Assembly: GCF_006345805.1 (NCBI RefSeq)
Contig: NC_043001.1
Coordinates: 2,046,001 to 2,110,000 of the forward strand
Source of the DNA: Octopus sinensis
Lineage: Eukaryota
DNA: 64,000 nucleotides
Direction of reading: 5' to 3'
Shown: in pieces, positions 39,831 to 53,620 of the stretch
Numbering within the stretch: the first letter of the stretch is position 1
Layout: each line of letters opens with the position of its first letter
Notes under the pieces: model-generated
Told to the model about the DNA's origin: nothing
Databases searched by the model: none
Seen by the model: only the letters and a program-made list of their open reading frames with translations
Position numbers and translations under genes: made by a program

Positions 39831-41369
39831 CCTCTAATGATTCTGCCATTCCAAAGTCCTTAGAACTTGGATGGAAGGTTTTAATTTAGATCTCTTTAAT
39901 TCTTTTCTGTTGATAAACACTGATTTTGTTTCAATTAATTTTAGAGAAAAAAATGAAGTATTTAGTAAAACAACTTTGTCGTTCTTGAGATGGTGTTTGA
40001 AACATCGCATGAGATTTTATTGGAAGACTTTTAATTTCAAAACAGAAAGCTTGCACCAAAGAACAGCAGTGATATCAGGTGAGTTGATATTAAAAGCTGT
40101 TTCTGTACATAACTTCAGTCTGGTTTAATAGTTTTCCCTGGATAATGAATTAGATTTGCTAACAAATTACCCCAGGTGATTGTGTATCATAATACTGCTG
40201 GAATCATGAAGTCAATGTCTCACACCTGCAAAATTTGGTGGGTATGGACACAGCACACCTTCAACACAGGCCAGCTGGGTTGAGTGGACGGTTGGTCGAA
40301 CATTACACAGAAGTATGATTCATCTAAAACAAGATGTCACTGGATGAAAACCAATGATTCACCTGGTTACTAACATGTCACATACACACCCGATCAAGAC
40401 TAATCTGGGCTCAAACAAAAACAATGAAAACAAAACAATCACAGCAGCAGCAGCAGCAGCCGTCCGAGAATTTGGACCTGGAGACCTCCATTTCCAGCGA
40501 CTTCGAGGGCCACCTCCCAGTGGTGTCGGGCGTCAACGAAGAGTGCTCGACTACAACAAGATGACCAAGTTTTTTTTTCCAAGGTCTGGGGTCTCCTGCC
40601 CCTAAGCCCTAGACCATCACCTAATCACCCTTACCTGTCTCTTTGCTTAACAACAACAACAACAACAACAGCAGCAGCAGCAAAAACGACAACAACACTG
40701 GCTCTATAAAATTCAAAGTTAATACATCTGTTATGCTTCTGAAAACAGAATAAAATGAAGAGTTGTTACTGGAAAAAAAAAAAATAGAAAAGAGAAAAGG
40801 GAATTTTCGTTGACAGAGAAATCATAACAAGAAGCAATATTCACATAGAACTTGTTATTAGAGAGCTGAAATTAATTTAGTACCATCTGACTCAACATTC
40901 ATTTTCCCTCTAATATTCACATGTGCAATGACCATTAGTAGAGCGGAGATAAAATCAGTGAACATTTTTGCTGTTTTTTATGTGTATTTTGTTTTTAGTA
41001 TTGTCAGATGTATTACCAGAACCGGGCAAAAATTTATATTGAAATTAGAAGAGTGTTGAAGCACTACAATGTAAAGATCTTAGAAACACATGTACTTGTA
41101 TTTGTATTATTATTACTCTTATTATTATTAATAAAGTCGACTGCTTTTCCATTACTTCAAGTTTTGCAGCACCAAAGAGGCATTCATGAGATGTCATAAA
41201 AACAAAACAAGTAATACATTCAACAGCAAAAGGACGAAAGACTCTTTTTATGGCTAATGTTAAAGTAGTCATCGGCAACAATAAAAACAATCTACATTTT
41301 ACTTCACCAGATCTCGTCAATGGTGGTCTAGCCTTCACTTTGCTCCTAACTACTGCTTGCAAGCAGAAA

Positions 41370-41710
41370 TACTGTGTGATAAGAAGCTTCCAAACCACAT
41401 GGTTCCAGGTTCAATCACCCTGTGTGGCACCTGGGACAAATATCTTCTACTACAGCCTTGTGTTGACCTAAGCTTTATGAGTGGATTTGATAGATGGAAA
41501 CTGAAAGAAGCCCACCAGGTATATGCATATATCTATGTGTGTGTCTGTGTGTCTGTGTTTGTTGCCCACTGCCTTGACGGCTCAGCAAAAAGAGTCTGAT
41601 CGAATAAGTAACAGGCATTGGTACTGAAGTTGATTTGTTTGACTAAAATTCTTCAAGGTGGTGCTCCAGCATGGCAGCAGTCTAATGACTGAAACTAGTA
41701 AAAGATAAAA
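41370..41710 (+). mobile_element. tRNA-derived SINE, family B
   Basis: Colinear with 58181-58600; further copies at about 43597-44025 and 48878-49170. Confidence 0.78.
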
Positions 41711-42568
41711 GATGTCTACTTTGTCTTGCTGGACATCTGTCATTGACAAGGCCAAAGAAAGCTGAAACCACATGATCTAACAGTTCCAGTGGCTGTGGTG
41801 GACAGTTCTCACCCACCTGCAATATAAACAGGGTGGTCAACAGATTAAGCATTTATTATTATAATATGAGGGGTTCTCTCAGGATAAATAATGCAGTATT
41901 CACTGTTCTAACACAACATCTACTGTAAATGGAAGATCAGGATTACTGTTTGGTATTAATGCTGCCTCTACCCCTATTAATTATATCGATGTCATCATTT
42001 TAATGCTTGCACAGGTATGACAAAATCTGTTGCTGTAGATTTTCTATTGTCAGGTGTCCTTACTTCTGTCAGCCCTCACCTGTTTCTAAGCAAGGTACAA
42101 TGCAGCTCTACTCACATTTAATTGCAGCAACAGAATGCTGAAGTTAGATTGGGGATTGAGATGTCTGCAGTAGAGAAATGATAGCTATTGGAGTGGGCTG
42201 CAGAGAAAGTTGTGCAAAGAGGTCAGTTAAACACACATTCACACACACACATACACATACATGTATGGATGCATACATACATACATACATACATACATAC
42301 ATACACATATATGTATGTGTCCACACACAATTTTTTCCCTCTGTGTTTTTTCCTCTCTCCATCTGTTTTCTCTCATACATATATATATATATTAGAAGGT
42401 TTGGAGATGATGTACAGGTATTTTATATTAGAAGAAATGAGGTACTCAGAAATTCGGATAGTTTTATATTTACAGATATTTATTAGTATGTTACATGTTT
42501 TTAAAACTCATATATCATAAATCATATATTAGCGCTTTCATCCATTCTAGTGGAGTCTTCAAATGGAA

Positions 42569-42599
<31 letters not shown>

Positions 42600-42603
<4 letters not shown>

Positions 42604-43345
42604 TAAAACAGCCTCCATTGTATTCCAGGGATAAAAACTACAAGTAGTTGATAGCTTCCACTGTCTAGATGACTCAGTCTGTAGCGGGGTCAGTTGCTCT
42701 GAGAGTGTAGCTACTAGAATAAGAATAGCCTGGGCAAAGTTCAGAGAGCTCTTGCCTCTGCTGGTGACAAAGAGCCTCTCGCTCAGAGTAAAAGGTAGAC
42801 TGTATGACGCATGTGTACGAACAGCCATGCTACACAGCAGTGAAACATGGGCCATGACTGCTGAGGACATGCATAAACTTGTAAGGAATGAAGTTAGTAT
42901 GTTCCACTGGATGTGTAATGTCAGTGTGCTCACACAATAGAGTGTAAGCACTCTGAGAGAAAAGTTGGATTGAAGAAGCATCAGATGTGGTGTGCAAGAG
43001 AGATGACTGTGCTGGTATGGTGATGTATCGCGTATGAATGAGGACAACTGTGTGAAAAAGTGTCACACCCTAGCAGTAGAGGGAACCTGTGGAAGAGGAA
43101 GACCCTGGGATAAAGTGTTGAAGCATGACCTTCAAATGTTGGGCCTCACCAAGGTAATGACATGTGACCGAGACCTTTGGAAATATGCTGTGCTTGAGAA
43201 GACCCAGCAAGCCAAGTGAGACAATAACCATGGCCTATGCTGCCAGAGCAGCATAACCAACCCATTTAAAAGTACCCTTCAATCATTGGGCAATAAACTG
43301 CGCTTATGAAGACCTATTGAGGCAAGTGAAGTTGTTGTTGTAGCT
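42600..43345 (+). pseudogene. RTE LINE reverse transcriptase C-terminal remnant
   Basis: RIRIAWAKFRELLPLL..VKGRLYDACVRTAMLHSSETWA..LCWYGDVSRMNED..VEGTCGRGRP, with in-frame stops. Confidence 0.92.
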
Positions 43346-46139
43346 GGTCCCGTCTCATCTCCTTTGTGAATTTCAAAATCCTGAAATTAGTTTGTTCTGG
43401 CCATTTTGAAGTGAAAAAAGAATGTGTTACTCTTTGACTGAGAAAGTAAAAAGACTATTCTGATTCTTTTATACACCAGCAGAGAATCTCAGATGAAGTG
43501 TATTCTTGGTCCAAGCATTCCACATATGACCATCACAACTTATTTTCAAGATATTCAGGTCTACACTATTGAATGTGTTCTTGATTTTGTAGATGTAAGC
43601 ATGGCTGTGTGGTAAGAAGCTTGCTTCCCAACCACATTGTTCTGGGTTCAGTCACTGCATGGCACCTTGGGTAATTATCTTCTACTATGGCCCCAGGCAG
43701 ACCAAAGCCTTGTGAGTGTATTTTGTAGATGGAAAATGAAAGAAGCCTGTCATATGTTTTTGTCTGTGTGTGTGTGTGTGTGGTGTGTGTGTGTGTGTGT
43801 CAGTGTATGTGTGTGTTTGTCCTTTATGACTACTTAAGAACTGGGGTTGGCTTATGCAAGTCCCCATAACTTAGTGGTTTAGCAAAAGAGATTGATAGAA
43901 TTACTACCAGTCTAAAAAGAAGAAAATAATATCCTAAGCTTGATTTGTTTGTCTAAAAACAACCCTTCAAAGTGGTGCCCCAGCATGGCCGCAGTCCAAT
44001 GACTGAAAAAAGTAAAAACTAAGAGATGTGGTTTGAAAAGAATTTGGCTTCCAATTTATAAGGGATTCAAGGTCTGCATAAAATGCCATTGTTCCTTAAC
44101 AGTGAACCAGGAATGGAATTTACCATTGTTAATAGAAATAATGTTTAAGAATTCCAGTTTGGTGTTTATTCTCCAGTTATTTAGACTAATAACTTGATGT
44201 TTCCTTGAATTAAGAACACTAGAAATAAAGAATTAAATCAAAAAAATATAATATTATTAACATAAAATTTTAAATTAAATTGAAGTGTTTCATTCACTTC
44301 CTTGGTTGATTTCCTCCGATTTTTACTCAATGAATTTGAAGATTTGATGTGTTATGAAGAAAATTCTTGAATTTTAAATCAAATTTAAATTTAATAACTT
44401 TATATTGGCAAGTGAGAAAATCTAAGTTTGCAACAAGTTTCATTTCCAAATGGAAATTCATTTCCACGCCCCAATCGACTTTATTGTGGTGGTGCATGAC
44501 CCAGTGGTTTGGGTATTGGGTCTATGATCATAAAGTCATGGCTTTCATTCCTGGACTAAGCGGCACATGGTAGTCTTGAGCGAGGTCTTTCATTTCATAA
44601 TATTCCTCTATAGTGCTGACGCAGCCATTTTTCTCTCCAGCCACCACATCCTTGATGTTCTGCAGCTTTGATGGGCCTAGGGTATAGTGACCCCTACAGA
44701 GGCACCTAAAACAGGGGAAACATGATACAAGCTAACAAGTCACATGCATTATACAGCTGTTAGATATTGTATCATGTTTATTGTTGCTTTGAGAAAGGAT
44801 GAACACCACAAATTCCAATGTCCAATCTTTATAAATTCTACCCAATCAGAAATCAATATATTGGGTTTTATCTCCTCACAGACTATTCCAATCTGCTAAT
44901 GTAGAAAGGACTTCTCTCTCTCTCTCTCTCTCTCTCTCACCTTCTCTCTTCTCTGTCTCTCTTACCCTCTCTCTTCTCTGTCTCTATCACTCTCTCTCTG
45001 TCTGTCTCTCTTTCCCCATCACAGTCTGATCACCATTACAAAGGTATGCTGGATCACTGCTTTGTTCTAAACCATTTAACTGCTTATCTCAATGCCTCGA
45101 CATCTCTCTGCTCAATCATGATTGGCAATCAATAAAATATTTTAGTTTTTCATTTATTTTATAGCATTTTAATGGCCACAGTTCAGCTGTTTGACGACTG
45201 GCAACAGTTTCTCTCTCGTGACTTTAAGTCTGGTAACATCTATTCTTTTGTATCCCTTTTGGTCCATGAAATAACAAGGACGATCATCCCTGCCTTACAG
45301 ATTTACAACATTACCAAATACTGCGACACTTTCTTCAGGGGTACAAAATGCTTGACCTATGATCTATTGCTGGCTCTCTACAAAGTCCAAATAAGACCAC
45401 CTTCATATGTAGGACAATATACCTGCTACACACACACACACACACACACAATGAGCTAGAAATGCATCTAGGGGCCCATTTCAACATCTACTATTTCATG
45501 CTTGCATGGGTTTGATGGCAGTACCCAAGGCAGATTTTTCTGTGGCTTTTTTGTTGCCAACCCTCTCCTGTTTCCATGGTTATTAATATATCTCCATTGC
45601 TAGAAATATTTAGATTGGAAATGAAGGCCAGAACATGGGTTTCTTTCCCTTTCCTTCTCCCAGATTCCCTTACAAGGCTTTGGTCTGCCTAGGGTTGTAG
45701 TAGTAGAAGACACTTGTTCAAGGTGTAACTGAATGAACCCAGAGCCATGTTTTTGGCAAGCAAATTTCTCTTCCCCCTCCCCCCACACCTGCCTGCCTCC
45801 GGTCATGTTTGCATCTATTACAAAAAAACAAAAACAAAAACCATTTTCTGGGTTGTAAATACCATTCCTGTTGCTAACTAACACCTTTTTCTCAAGTGAG
45901 AGATTTTTTTGATTTCGTTCTGTTCTCAAAGGTGTAGAGACACAGGATTCGTTGACTGGAATTACCATCAAATATTCTCTTCTTTTAGCATACATTCTTC
46001 ATGTTTCCATGAAGAATGTACGCATTCACAGACACTGACACATGTGCATAATACACACACATGTGTCTGTGAATATTGAATGTCATCATCATCGGTTAAC
46101 ATCCAAGTTTGAAGCTGATATTCGTTCAACAGATGCATG

Positions 46140-46170
<31 letters not shown>

Positions 46171-46492
46171 TCAGACGCACACACTATGATTTTATTAGCA
46201 GAAAGTTATAAGAAGGGACTCAAGTGGGTCTGATGTGTGTCATGAACAAAAGTAACTCTGGAGTTACTTTTGTAAGTTCAAATCCTGCCAACGTTACATT
46301 TGTCTTCCACCTTTTTGAAGCCAACAAAGAATGTCAAACCTCCAGGGTAATGGAATTGGTGAAGTGAAAGAAGGTCAGACTGGAAGCCTTACGGTATTTG
46401 TGCTGTGTTGTGGCCTTCTGAGTTCAAATCCTGTTAGAAGTAACCCATCACCTAGTTTCCCACCGACACCATCAGCTGTGCTGCCTTTTGTA

Positions 46493-46778
46493 CAAAAGTT
46501 CTCAAACTTTTTGGATCACTGCCCACCTCATGGCCACATCACACCCTCAGCGCCCCCACCCCTATTTTTATGTGTAAATAAATATTTTATATTTTACTAA
46601 TTTATATACACTATGAATCATTTGATATTTGATATAGTATATAGTTTGTATACAATACTATAATAATATCATAAATTCATAGTGTCCCCTAATTCCCTGC
46701 CTTCCTCCCAAAGCCTCCTTTTTCCATACCATCTCAAGGCCCACTGGGGAGTGGTAGTGCCCATTTCGAGAACCTATG
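46493..46778. mobile_element. Old hAT-like MITE
   Basis: CAAAAGTTCTCAAA vs revcomp CATAGGTTCTCGAA; TSD only partly conserved. Confidence 0.45.
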
Positions 46779-47091
46779 CTTTAAAAGAAACCATTGGGCG
46801 TGTATGACTTCAGGCCAAGACTATCTTTGGAAGATACCTTCTTTCCAAATAGCCACTGGTGCCTGAGGACCTATCAAGAGTTATGGTCGCTGTCCACATT
46901 CCTGACTTTAAAAAAAAAAAAAAAATCATGATATGTATGGTTTCAATTTTTTCAATTTTTGGTTATTTTTGCATTTTTTAATATTCTTTTTGGAATCAGC
47001 TGACAGAAATAAGAACTCTCTCTTGAGGACCACTTATATATTTCTGTGTGTGTCCTGGTCTGTGTAAATGTGTGTGTGTAGATATAACCAC

Positions 47092-47189
<98 letters not shown>

Positions 47190-47907
47190 ATATATATTAT
47201 ATATATATGTACTTGATTGAATGTATGGTTGTGTATAAGTGTTTTTGTGTGTGCGTGTGAGTGTGTGCTAGAATGGAGACGCAGATTGCAAACACTACAC
47301 AATATTAATGACTTTTATATATCAATTTCCGCTGTATTTATTGACACAGCTGGCGAAAGCTGATAAAAAGTTAGATTAGAAGAGTGAAAAGGGCATAACT
47401 TCTGATGAGCAACACAGTTTTGTGTCTGGAGAAGAACCATTTAACTTATAATAACTTTCATCAACAAGAAGTGCTACAACATAACACTGAGAAATGGTTT
47501 GCTAAGTGGTGGTGCTCAATTCACATCCATCCATTAATATAAGTCGAGGAGCTTTGGACACCAGTAAACTGAATTGCACTCGATATTTCACAGAAGAGCA
47601 AGGTTTCTAAGGGAAACCAACAATCCCAAGGTTGATGTACAAAACCCAGCATAGTGTTTTCAAATCACAGAAATTTCCTGCAACAAATATGAGCAGAGGG
47701 CATGGATGGGTGGTTATGAAGCTTGTGTCCGAGCCATGTGATCTTGAGTTTGTGGTCCCACTTCACTTCACTGCTCTTTGGGAAAATATCTTTAATATAG
47801 AGACTGAAAGACACCTATGAAGTATACATGTATACATGTATGTATGTATGTATGTATGTATGTATGTATGTATGTATGTATGTATGTATGTGTATATATG
47901 TATGTAT

Positions 47908-48462
47908 GTCAGGTCACTTTCGAGTGCTACTGGTAACATGTAACCCAGTAAAACCTGTTGCATGGTCGGGCCGTTGGCGACTAAACCGGCAACTCCACCA
48001 AGCTTGCTTGGTGGGGAGGGTGTTTATTGGACACCCTGCAGGATGAAAAACAAAACCCATCAAAGGGCTGAGAAACTCTTGAGAATCAACAGCCATCCAA
48101 TAAATGTCTTAAAGCTGTATCATGCGTGGGGACATAGAAATAATCGGACTGAATACCTGATCGTGCGGTTAAACCATTGGGAGTGAAGGACTCGTAGCCT
48201 TTGTTAGGGCATCCTTCTAGGAGAAGGTAACTCAGGTAACTGTGATAACTCTGACATAAAACCTGTGGCTCAGTGGTTACCGATGATGTTGACTTGTTCT
48301 TCTTTTCGGATTAAGACTGCTGTTGCTTAGTGAGTGGGATTGACTCAGTGCACAGCCTTTCCTCACTTTAAAAAAAAATCTTCTTGCACAGGCATTGCAC
48401 GATAACAACATTGATTAAGCTTTGTGCAATGGCCATACTCGATAACGAGGGGGCAGCCACCA
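47908..48462 (+). mobile_element. Multi-hairpin repeat, probable RTE-type 5' UTR
   Basis: Second copy at 19177-19380. Contains CTAGGAGAAGG..ACTCTGACATAAAACC, which resembles RTE 5' UTRs as I recall them (not verified). Confidence 0.55.
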
Positions 48463-48511
48463 TATGTATATATGAATATATGCATATATGTATATATTAT
48501 ACATATATACA

Positions 48512-48581
<70 letters not shown>

Positions 48582-48666
48582 ATATATATGCATGTACATA
48601 TATATATATACATACATATATGTATATAAATATACATGTACATATACATATATATGTATATATATA

Positions 48667-48699
<33 letters not shown>

Positions 48700-51276
48700 C
48701 ATCATCATCATCATCATCATCGTTTAACGTCCGCTTTCCATGCTAGCATGGGTTGGACGGTTCAACTGGGGTCTGGCAAGCCCGAAGGCTGCACCAGGCC
48801 AGTCAGATCTGGCAGTGTTTCTACAGCTGGATGCCCTTCCTAACGCCAACCAATATATATATATAATATATATATAGGTGCAGGAGTAGCTGTGTGACAA
48901 GTAGCTTCCTTACGAACCACATGGTTCCGGGTTCAGTCCCACTGTGTGTCACCTTGTGCAAGTGTCTTCCTCATGAGTGGATTTGGTAGACGGAAACTGA
49001 AAGAAGCCCATCGGATATATATGTGTGTGTGTGTGTATGTTTGTGTTTCTGTCCCCCCAATATCACTCGATAACTGATGTTGGTGTGTTTACGTCCCCAT
49101 AACTTAGCAGTTTGGCAAAAGATGCCGATAGAATAAGTACTAGGCTTACAAAAGAATAAGTCCTGGATGCATGCACATTATTAATGAGATCTGACCTGGG
49201 GTTTAGCAACAACAAATAAACCTGAATACTGTGTGGGAGTATGGCTCAGACACGTTTAACTGCGTTTTTCAGGAGTTCATTTCACAGCCACATTCTTGGC
49301 TTTGGTCCCACTGCTCATCATGAATTTCACACCTGCATATTTAAGGATCACACTTGATCCAACTCTATCCAGTATAGCGAACCATCATATATCTTGACTG
49401 CTCACCAGAATTCTTTCTCCAATGAATCATTAATTATTAATAACACTCCCTCCATGTCAGGATCATCTAAATCTGTCACTCTTTATCTCTCACTCTATCT
49501 TGCCCTTACCAGCAAACATGCAACTGCCTTTATTGTCTCTCTTCCATTACTTCCCCCAGTCACTTGGCCTCTCCCACTATATTATCTTTCTTCTTTCATC
49601 CTCTTATCCTGGTTCTTCTTTGGTTGTTTGGATTGACAACCAATGTGAAACTAAGGTGGTGCCTTGCTTAATGGAATTGTACCCAGTATGATTTCTAGAA
49701 TGGTTGGTGACAGAACAGAGACAATGAAGTGTTTAAAGAATGTTCAAGTCATGCTGAAGGCATGACAACATCTTTAATGTCGGTGCCATGATAAAAAGTA
49801 CATTCTGTTAAATGGTTGGTGTAACAAATGGAATTTAGGCGCAGAAGCCTTGCTGAAATAGCATGATTGAGATCGAAATAAAACTAAGCTGGATGGTTAC
49901 CTGTCCAATCCATGTCAGCATGGAAAGTAGATGTAAAAGGACAATGATGATTGTGATGGTGGTGATGAGGTATGTGCATGCATGAGTGTGTGAGTGTAAA
50001 TATATGAGTGTGGATGCATGTGTAAAGTTGCATACATAGACATGTACATACACATACACACACATATAAATATGCATGGTTGTGTACATCTAAAAACATG
50101 TATAAAGACAAAATTACGTAATATATACACAAACATACTTGTGAGCATGTATTACTAAAGTTGTCGACCATGTTCTATGAAACTATACAATGCCTCTCTG
50201 ATCCAAATTAGTCACCCAAATGGATTTAGTTTTGGAACAAACCCGTCAAAAGAAAGAGCTTATTTGATTTTTCAGAAATTTAGTGCACATTCGAGCTGAG
50301 CAGCTGTTAGCTATATATTGCTTCATCTAATTGAATTTAGCTTTTACTTATATCTGGGTTGAAAACAAATGAAAGATGTATGAGAGAAAGGACTAAGTGT
50401 TTTAGTTTTTTTAAAGAAATTTTGTAGCCAGAACGCTGTTTCTCATATCTGGACAGAAGGAAAGTTAATCTAATCTTCGAAGATGGGAAGAAATAAGCAA
50501 TAAGAATTAGACATAAAGTTCTCTAAATTTTAGTTTTTTAGTGTAATGCTAAACTATTACTTGTCAAATTCTCATTATGGAATTGAATTAAAAAAATACT
50601 GGAAGAAGATTAACATTTTGAATAACAAACATTTCTGTGTGGAAAACTGCAACCATACACATCTGAAATGAAATTGCAATTTTCATGGTTTAGTTTTCAT
50701 TTTTTTAAAAAGGAAAAGATAAAAATAATGCATAAATAATGAAAAATAGAATAAATCAATAAATAAATGAAAAAAAAAATAACACGAAACAAAAAAGAAA
50801 GAGCATCAGCTTCAACCAACCAGCTAACCAGCCAACCAACCACCCACCCAAACATGGCAGAAAAAAATTTCTGAAGTGGTTGAAGGCCAGGCAGAAAGTT
50901 TTTATAAACGTTTGAATATTGTTTTAAGTTTTTAGTTGAATGTCGCCATATTCGTCCTCTCAGACACCAACAGAATGGTAGAGTCAGCAGTGAATTGGAT
51001 AGAATACCACTCTCTACTTGCAACTATTCTCTGTTCAGTGGGTTCAAATTCTACTCAGATCAATTTTACCTTTCTTCTGTTAGGTTCATGAAATGAAGTA
51101 CCAATGCCAGAAGTCAGACCAATTCTTTTCTCCATATTACTGTAATTCAAAGGTCAGACCTTATCAAACAATATTCTGTGCAAACTCATCTTGAGGATTA
51201 AATCTGGGGTACATGTGTCTATGAAATCTTTGGATGTTTACAGATTAATTTCATGAGCAGAAATCTAGTTGGGCAA

Positions 51277-51510
51277 GGCGGTGAGCTGGCAGAAATGTTA
51301 GCACACCGGGTGAAATGCTCAGCGGTATTTCGTCTGCCGCTACGTTCTGAGTTCAAATTCCACTGAGGTCGACTTTGCCTTTCATCCTTTTGGGATCGAT
51401 AAATTAAGTACCAGTTACGCACTGGGGTCGATATAATCGACTTGATCCCTTTGTCTGTCCTTGCTTGTCTCCTCTATGTTTAGCCCCTTGTGGGCAATAA
51501 AGAAATAAGA
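51277..51510 (+). mobile_element. tRNA-derived SINE, family A (best-preserved copy)
   Basis: TGGCAGAAATGTTAG A-box-like sequence, GAGTTCAAATTCC B box, central GACTTTGCCTTTCATCCTTTTGGGATCGATAAATTAAGTACC (MetaSINE-like from memory), A-rich end. Another copy at about 53145-53355. Confidence 0.85.
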
Positions 51511-53355
51511 AATTTAGTTGATCAAACAAGTGAATGCTCATTACTGACCCCAGATTGATGAATGATAAAGTCACCCTAACACTTGATTTGAACTCAGAAG
51601 CTAAAGAATCACTACAATATATCACAAGGTATTTTTGTCCAAAAGTTCTAATAATTCTACCATTCCAACACCACACTAAAGAATTTGCAAAACTGACATA
51701 TTCTCTTCAATTATCTTGAATATTATCTTCATATATCCTCAAACGCTCTTATTTCTCAACATCTTTGATCTTTAGATAAGTGTTGCTGTCGTAGTTGTCA
51801 TTGACATTGCTGTAATCATTATCATCCTCCTCCTCATCCTTATCATCCTCATCACCGTAGTTGCCATCATCTGAAAACATTTGCCATCTTTTACCGTTTT
51901 AGATTCAAGAACTCTACCATTCTACTGAATTCCAGATCTAAAATTTTCAGCAAATACAAGCATATGGACAAATTTCTTTTGATGAATTGGAGAACGCCAC
52001 CTTCTTCTGATTGAGTTGTTGTCTTGCAGTCTTTGAAGCTGACTCCATTAAATCATTCTACAACCAGTTTTAATTATAATTTCTACAAATGAATGAGACA
52101 TGAATCTAATTTTCTTTTTGTTCTTTTCTTTTTCCTTTTTTGTTCACTCTTCAACATCTTGCATCGACCTTCTTCTTGCTTTTTCCTAATTTTTTTCTTG
52201 TAGATTCTCATGTTTCAGCATCCTGATTTTTAAATAGACCAGACTATGTGCTCAGAGCCCGAAGATTGCTTGGAGACACAAGGCATATTATAAAAACCTA
52301 CCTAGCCTGGTGTATTCACAGCAAGAAACAATAAGTAACTCATATCTTTATATTGTGTACATTAAATGATAATTATCTTTCACTGACTGGATGGAATGCC
52401 TTTTTGTTGATTCTATCTTTATGGAACAGTAAACCTTATGTATTCACACACACACACATGTATATATGCCTGTATGTATATATATATATAGATCTGCAGA
52501 AGGAAAAATACTCTACAGATATATAGGTATGGTATATCTTATTAGTGGGAATGGCTTGTTTGGTAAGAATCATTTATTGAATAATCTCCAACATATCCGC
52601 CTCTCACATTAATTTCACATAAATATTAATTAAATCCTCACACACACATATGATATTTCCATCCAGCTCTACCTAGGTTCCATTGCTGTTATTTGGAACC
52701 CCCTGCCAAGTATCCATCAAATAACTGACCAATGATATTCTACTGAAACATAAAGCAGCTGTTTTAGTCCCATATTGGTTGTTGTGCTTCACTGAAGTGC
52801 AGCATGCAGTCACCTCCATGGTGCACTAGCCTCATAACAAATCTCGTGCTCTTTCCATAATGTGTGCATTTTTATGCACACACACACACACACGCACATG
52901 CACATGCACACACATACACACATTAATATGCGCATACACAAAGAGCTGCAGAATCCCATGGCTAAAACTTCTGCATTTGGATGTGTAAATGAGTGACTAT
53001 GAAACAATCTGCAATATCTCAATGAAAGTAAAATGTTAAGTATACAGAGCCATTGTCATCTCAGTTTTATTGTATGGAGCAGACACTTGAATTCTTTACA
53101 AAATACAGGTGAGAAGGGTCAGTTCCTTTCTCATGCAATATCTGAGCGAGCTGGTAGAATTGTTAGCACACTGGACGAAATGCTTAGCAGTATTTCACCT
53201 GCTGCTCTGTTCTGAGTTCAAATTCCGCCGCAGTTGACTTTGCCTTTAATCCTTTCAGGGTCGATGAAATAAGTACCAGTTACACACTGGGGTCGATGGA
53301 ATCGACTCATACCCCTCCCCTAAATTTCAGGCCTTTTGCCTGTAGTAGAAAAGAA

Positions 53356-53620
53356 TATCTGAGAGTCATCATGAATATCAAATGGTGGCAACATATCTCA
53401 AAACTTGGAAGTTTTCTGGGAGGCTGGCTTTCAATTCTTGCAGCATTGAGGCAGAGGAATCTCTGCTGGGTATATCACATTGCCAGATTTGGTGACGATA
53501 GACTTCTGAAGAAAGTCCTTTTTAGGCAACATGCAGAAGGCTATTGAAGCATTCGAGGACACTATCAAACAAAATCTAAGGGATCTATCCATATCTGCTG
53601 ACAAGTGGTAACAGCGATCT
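53356..53620 (+). pseudogene. RTE/BovB-like LINE fragment
   Basis: YLRVIMNIKWWQ..LRQRNLCWVYHIARFGDDRLLKKVLF matches the RTE C-terminal pattern RRLRW.GHV.RM.D.RLPK. Confidence 0.7.

Noticed and set aside
46246-46273. 13-bp-arm palindrome; also an 11-bp hairpin at 34041-34067
   Set aside because: Isolated and short, with no associated element or second copy.
51750-51885. Minus-strand acceptor followed by acidic peptide DDGNYGDEDDKDEEEDD..KDVEK*
   Set aside because: Explained by a decayed (GAT)n repeat; no partner exons found.
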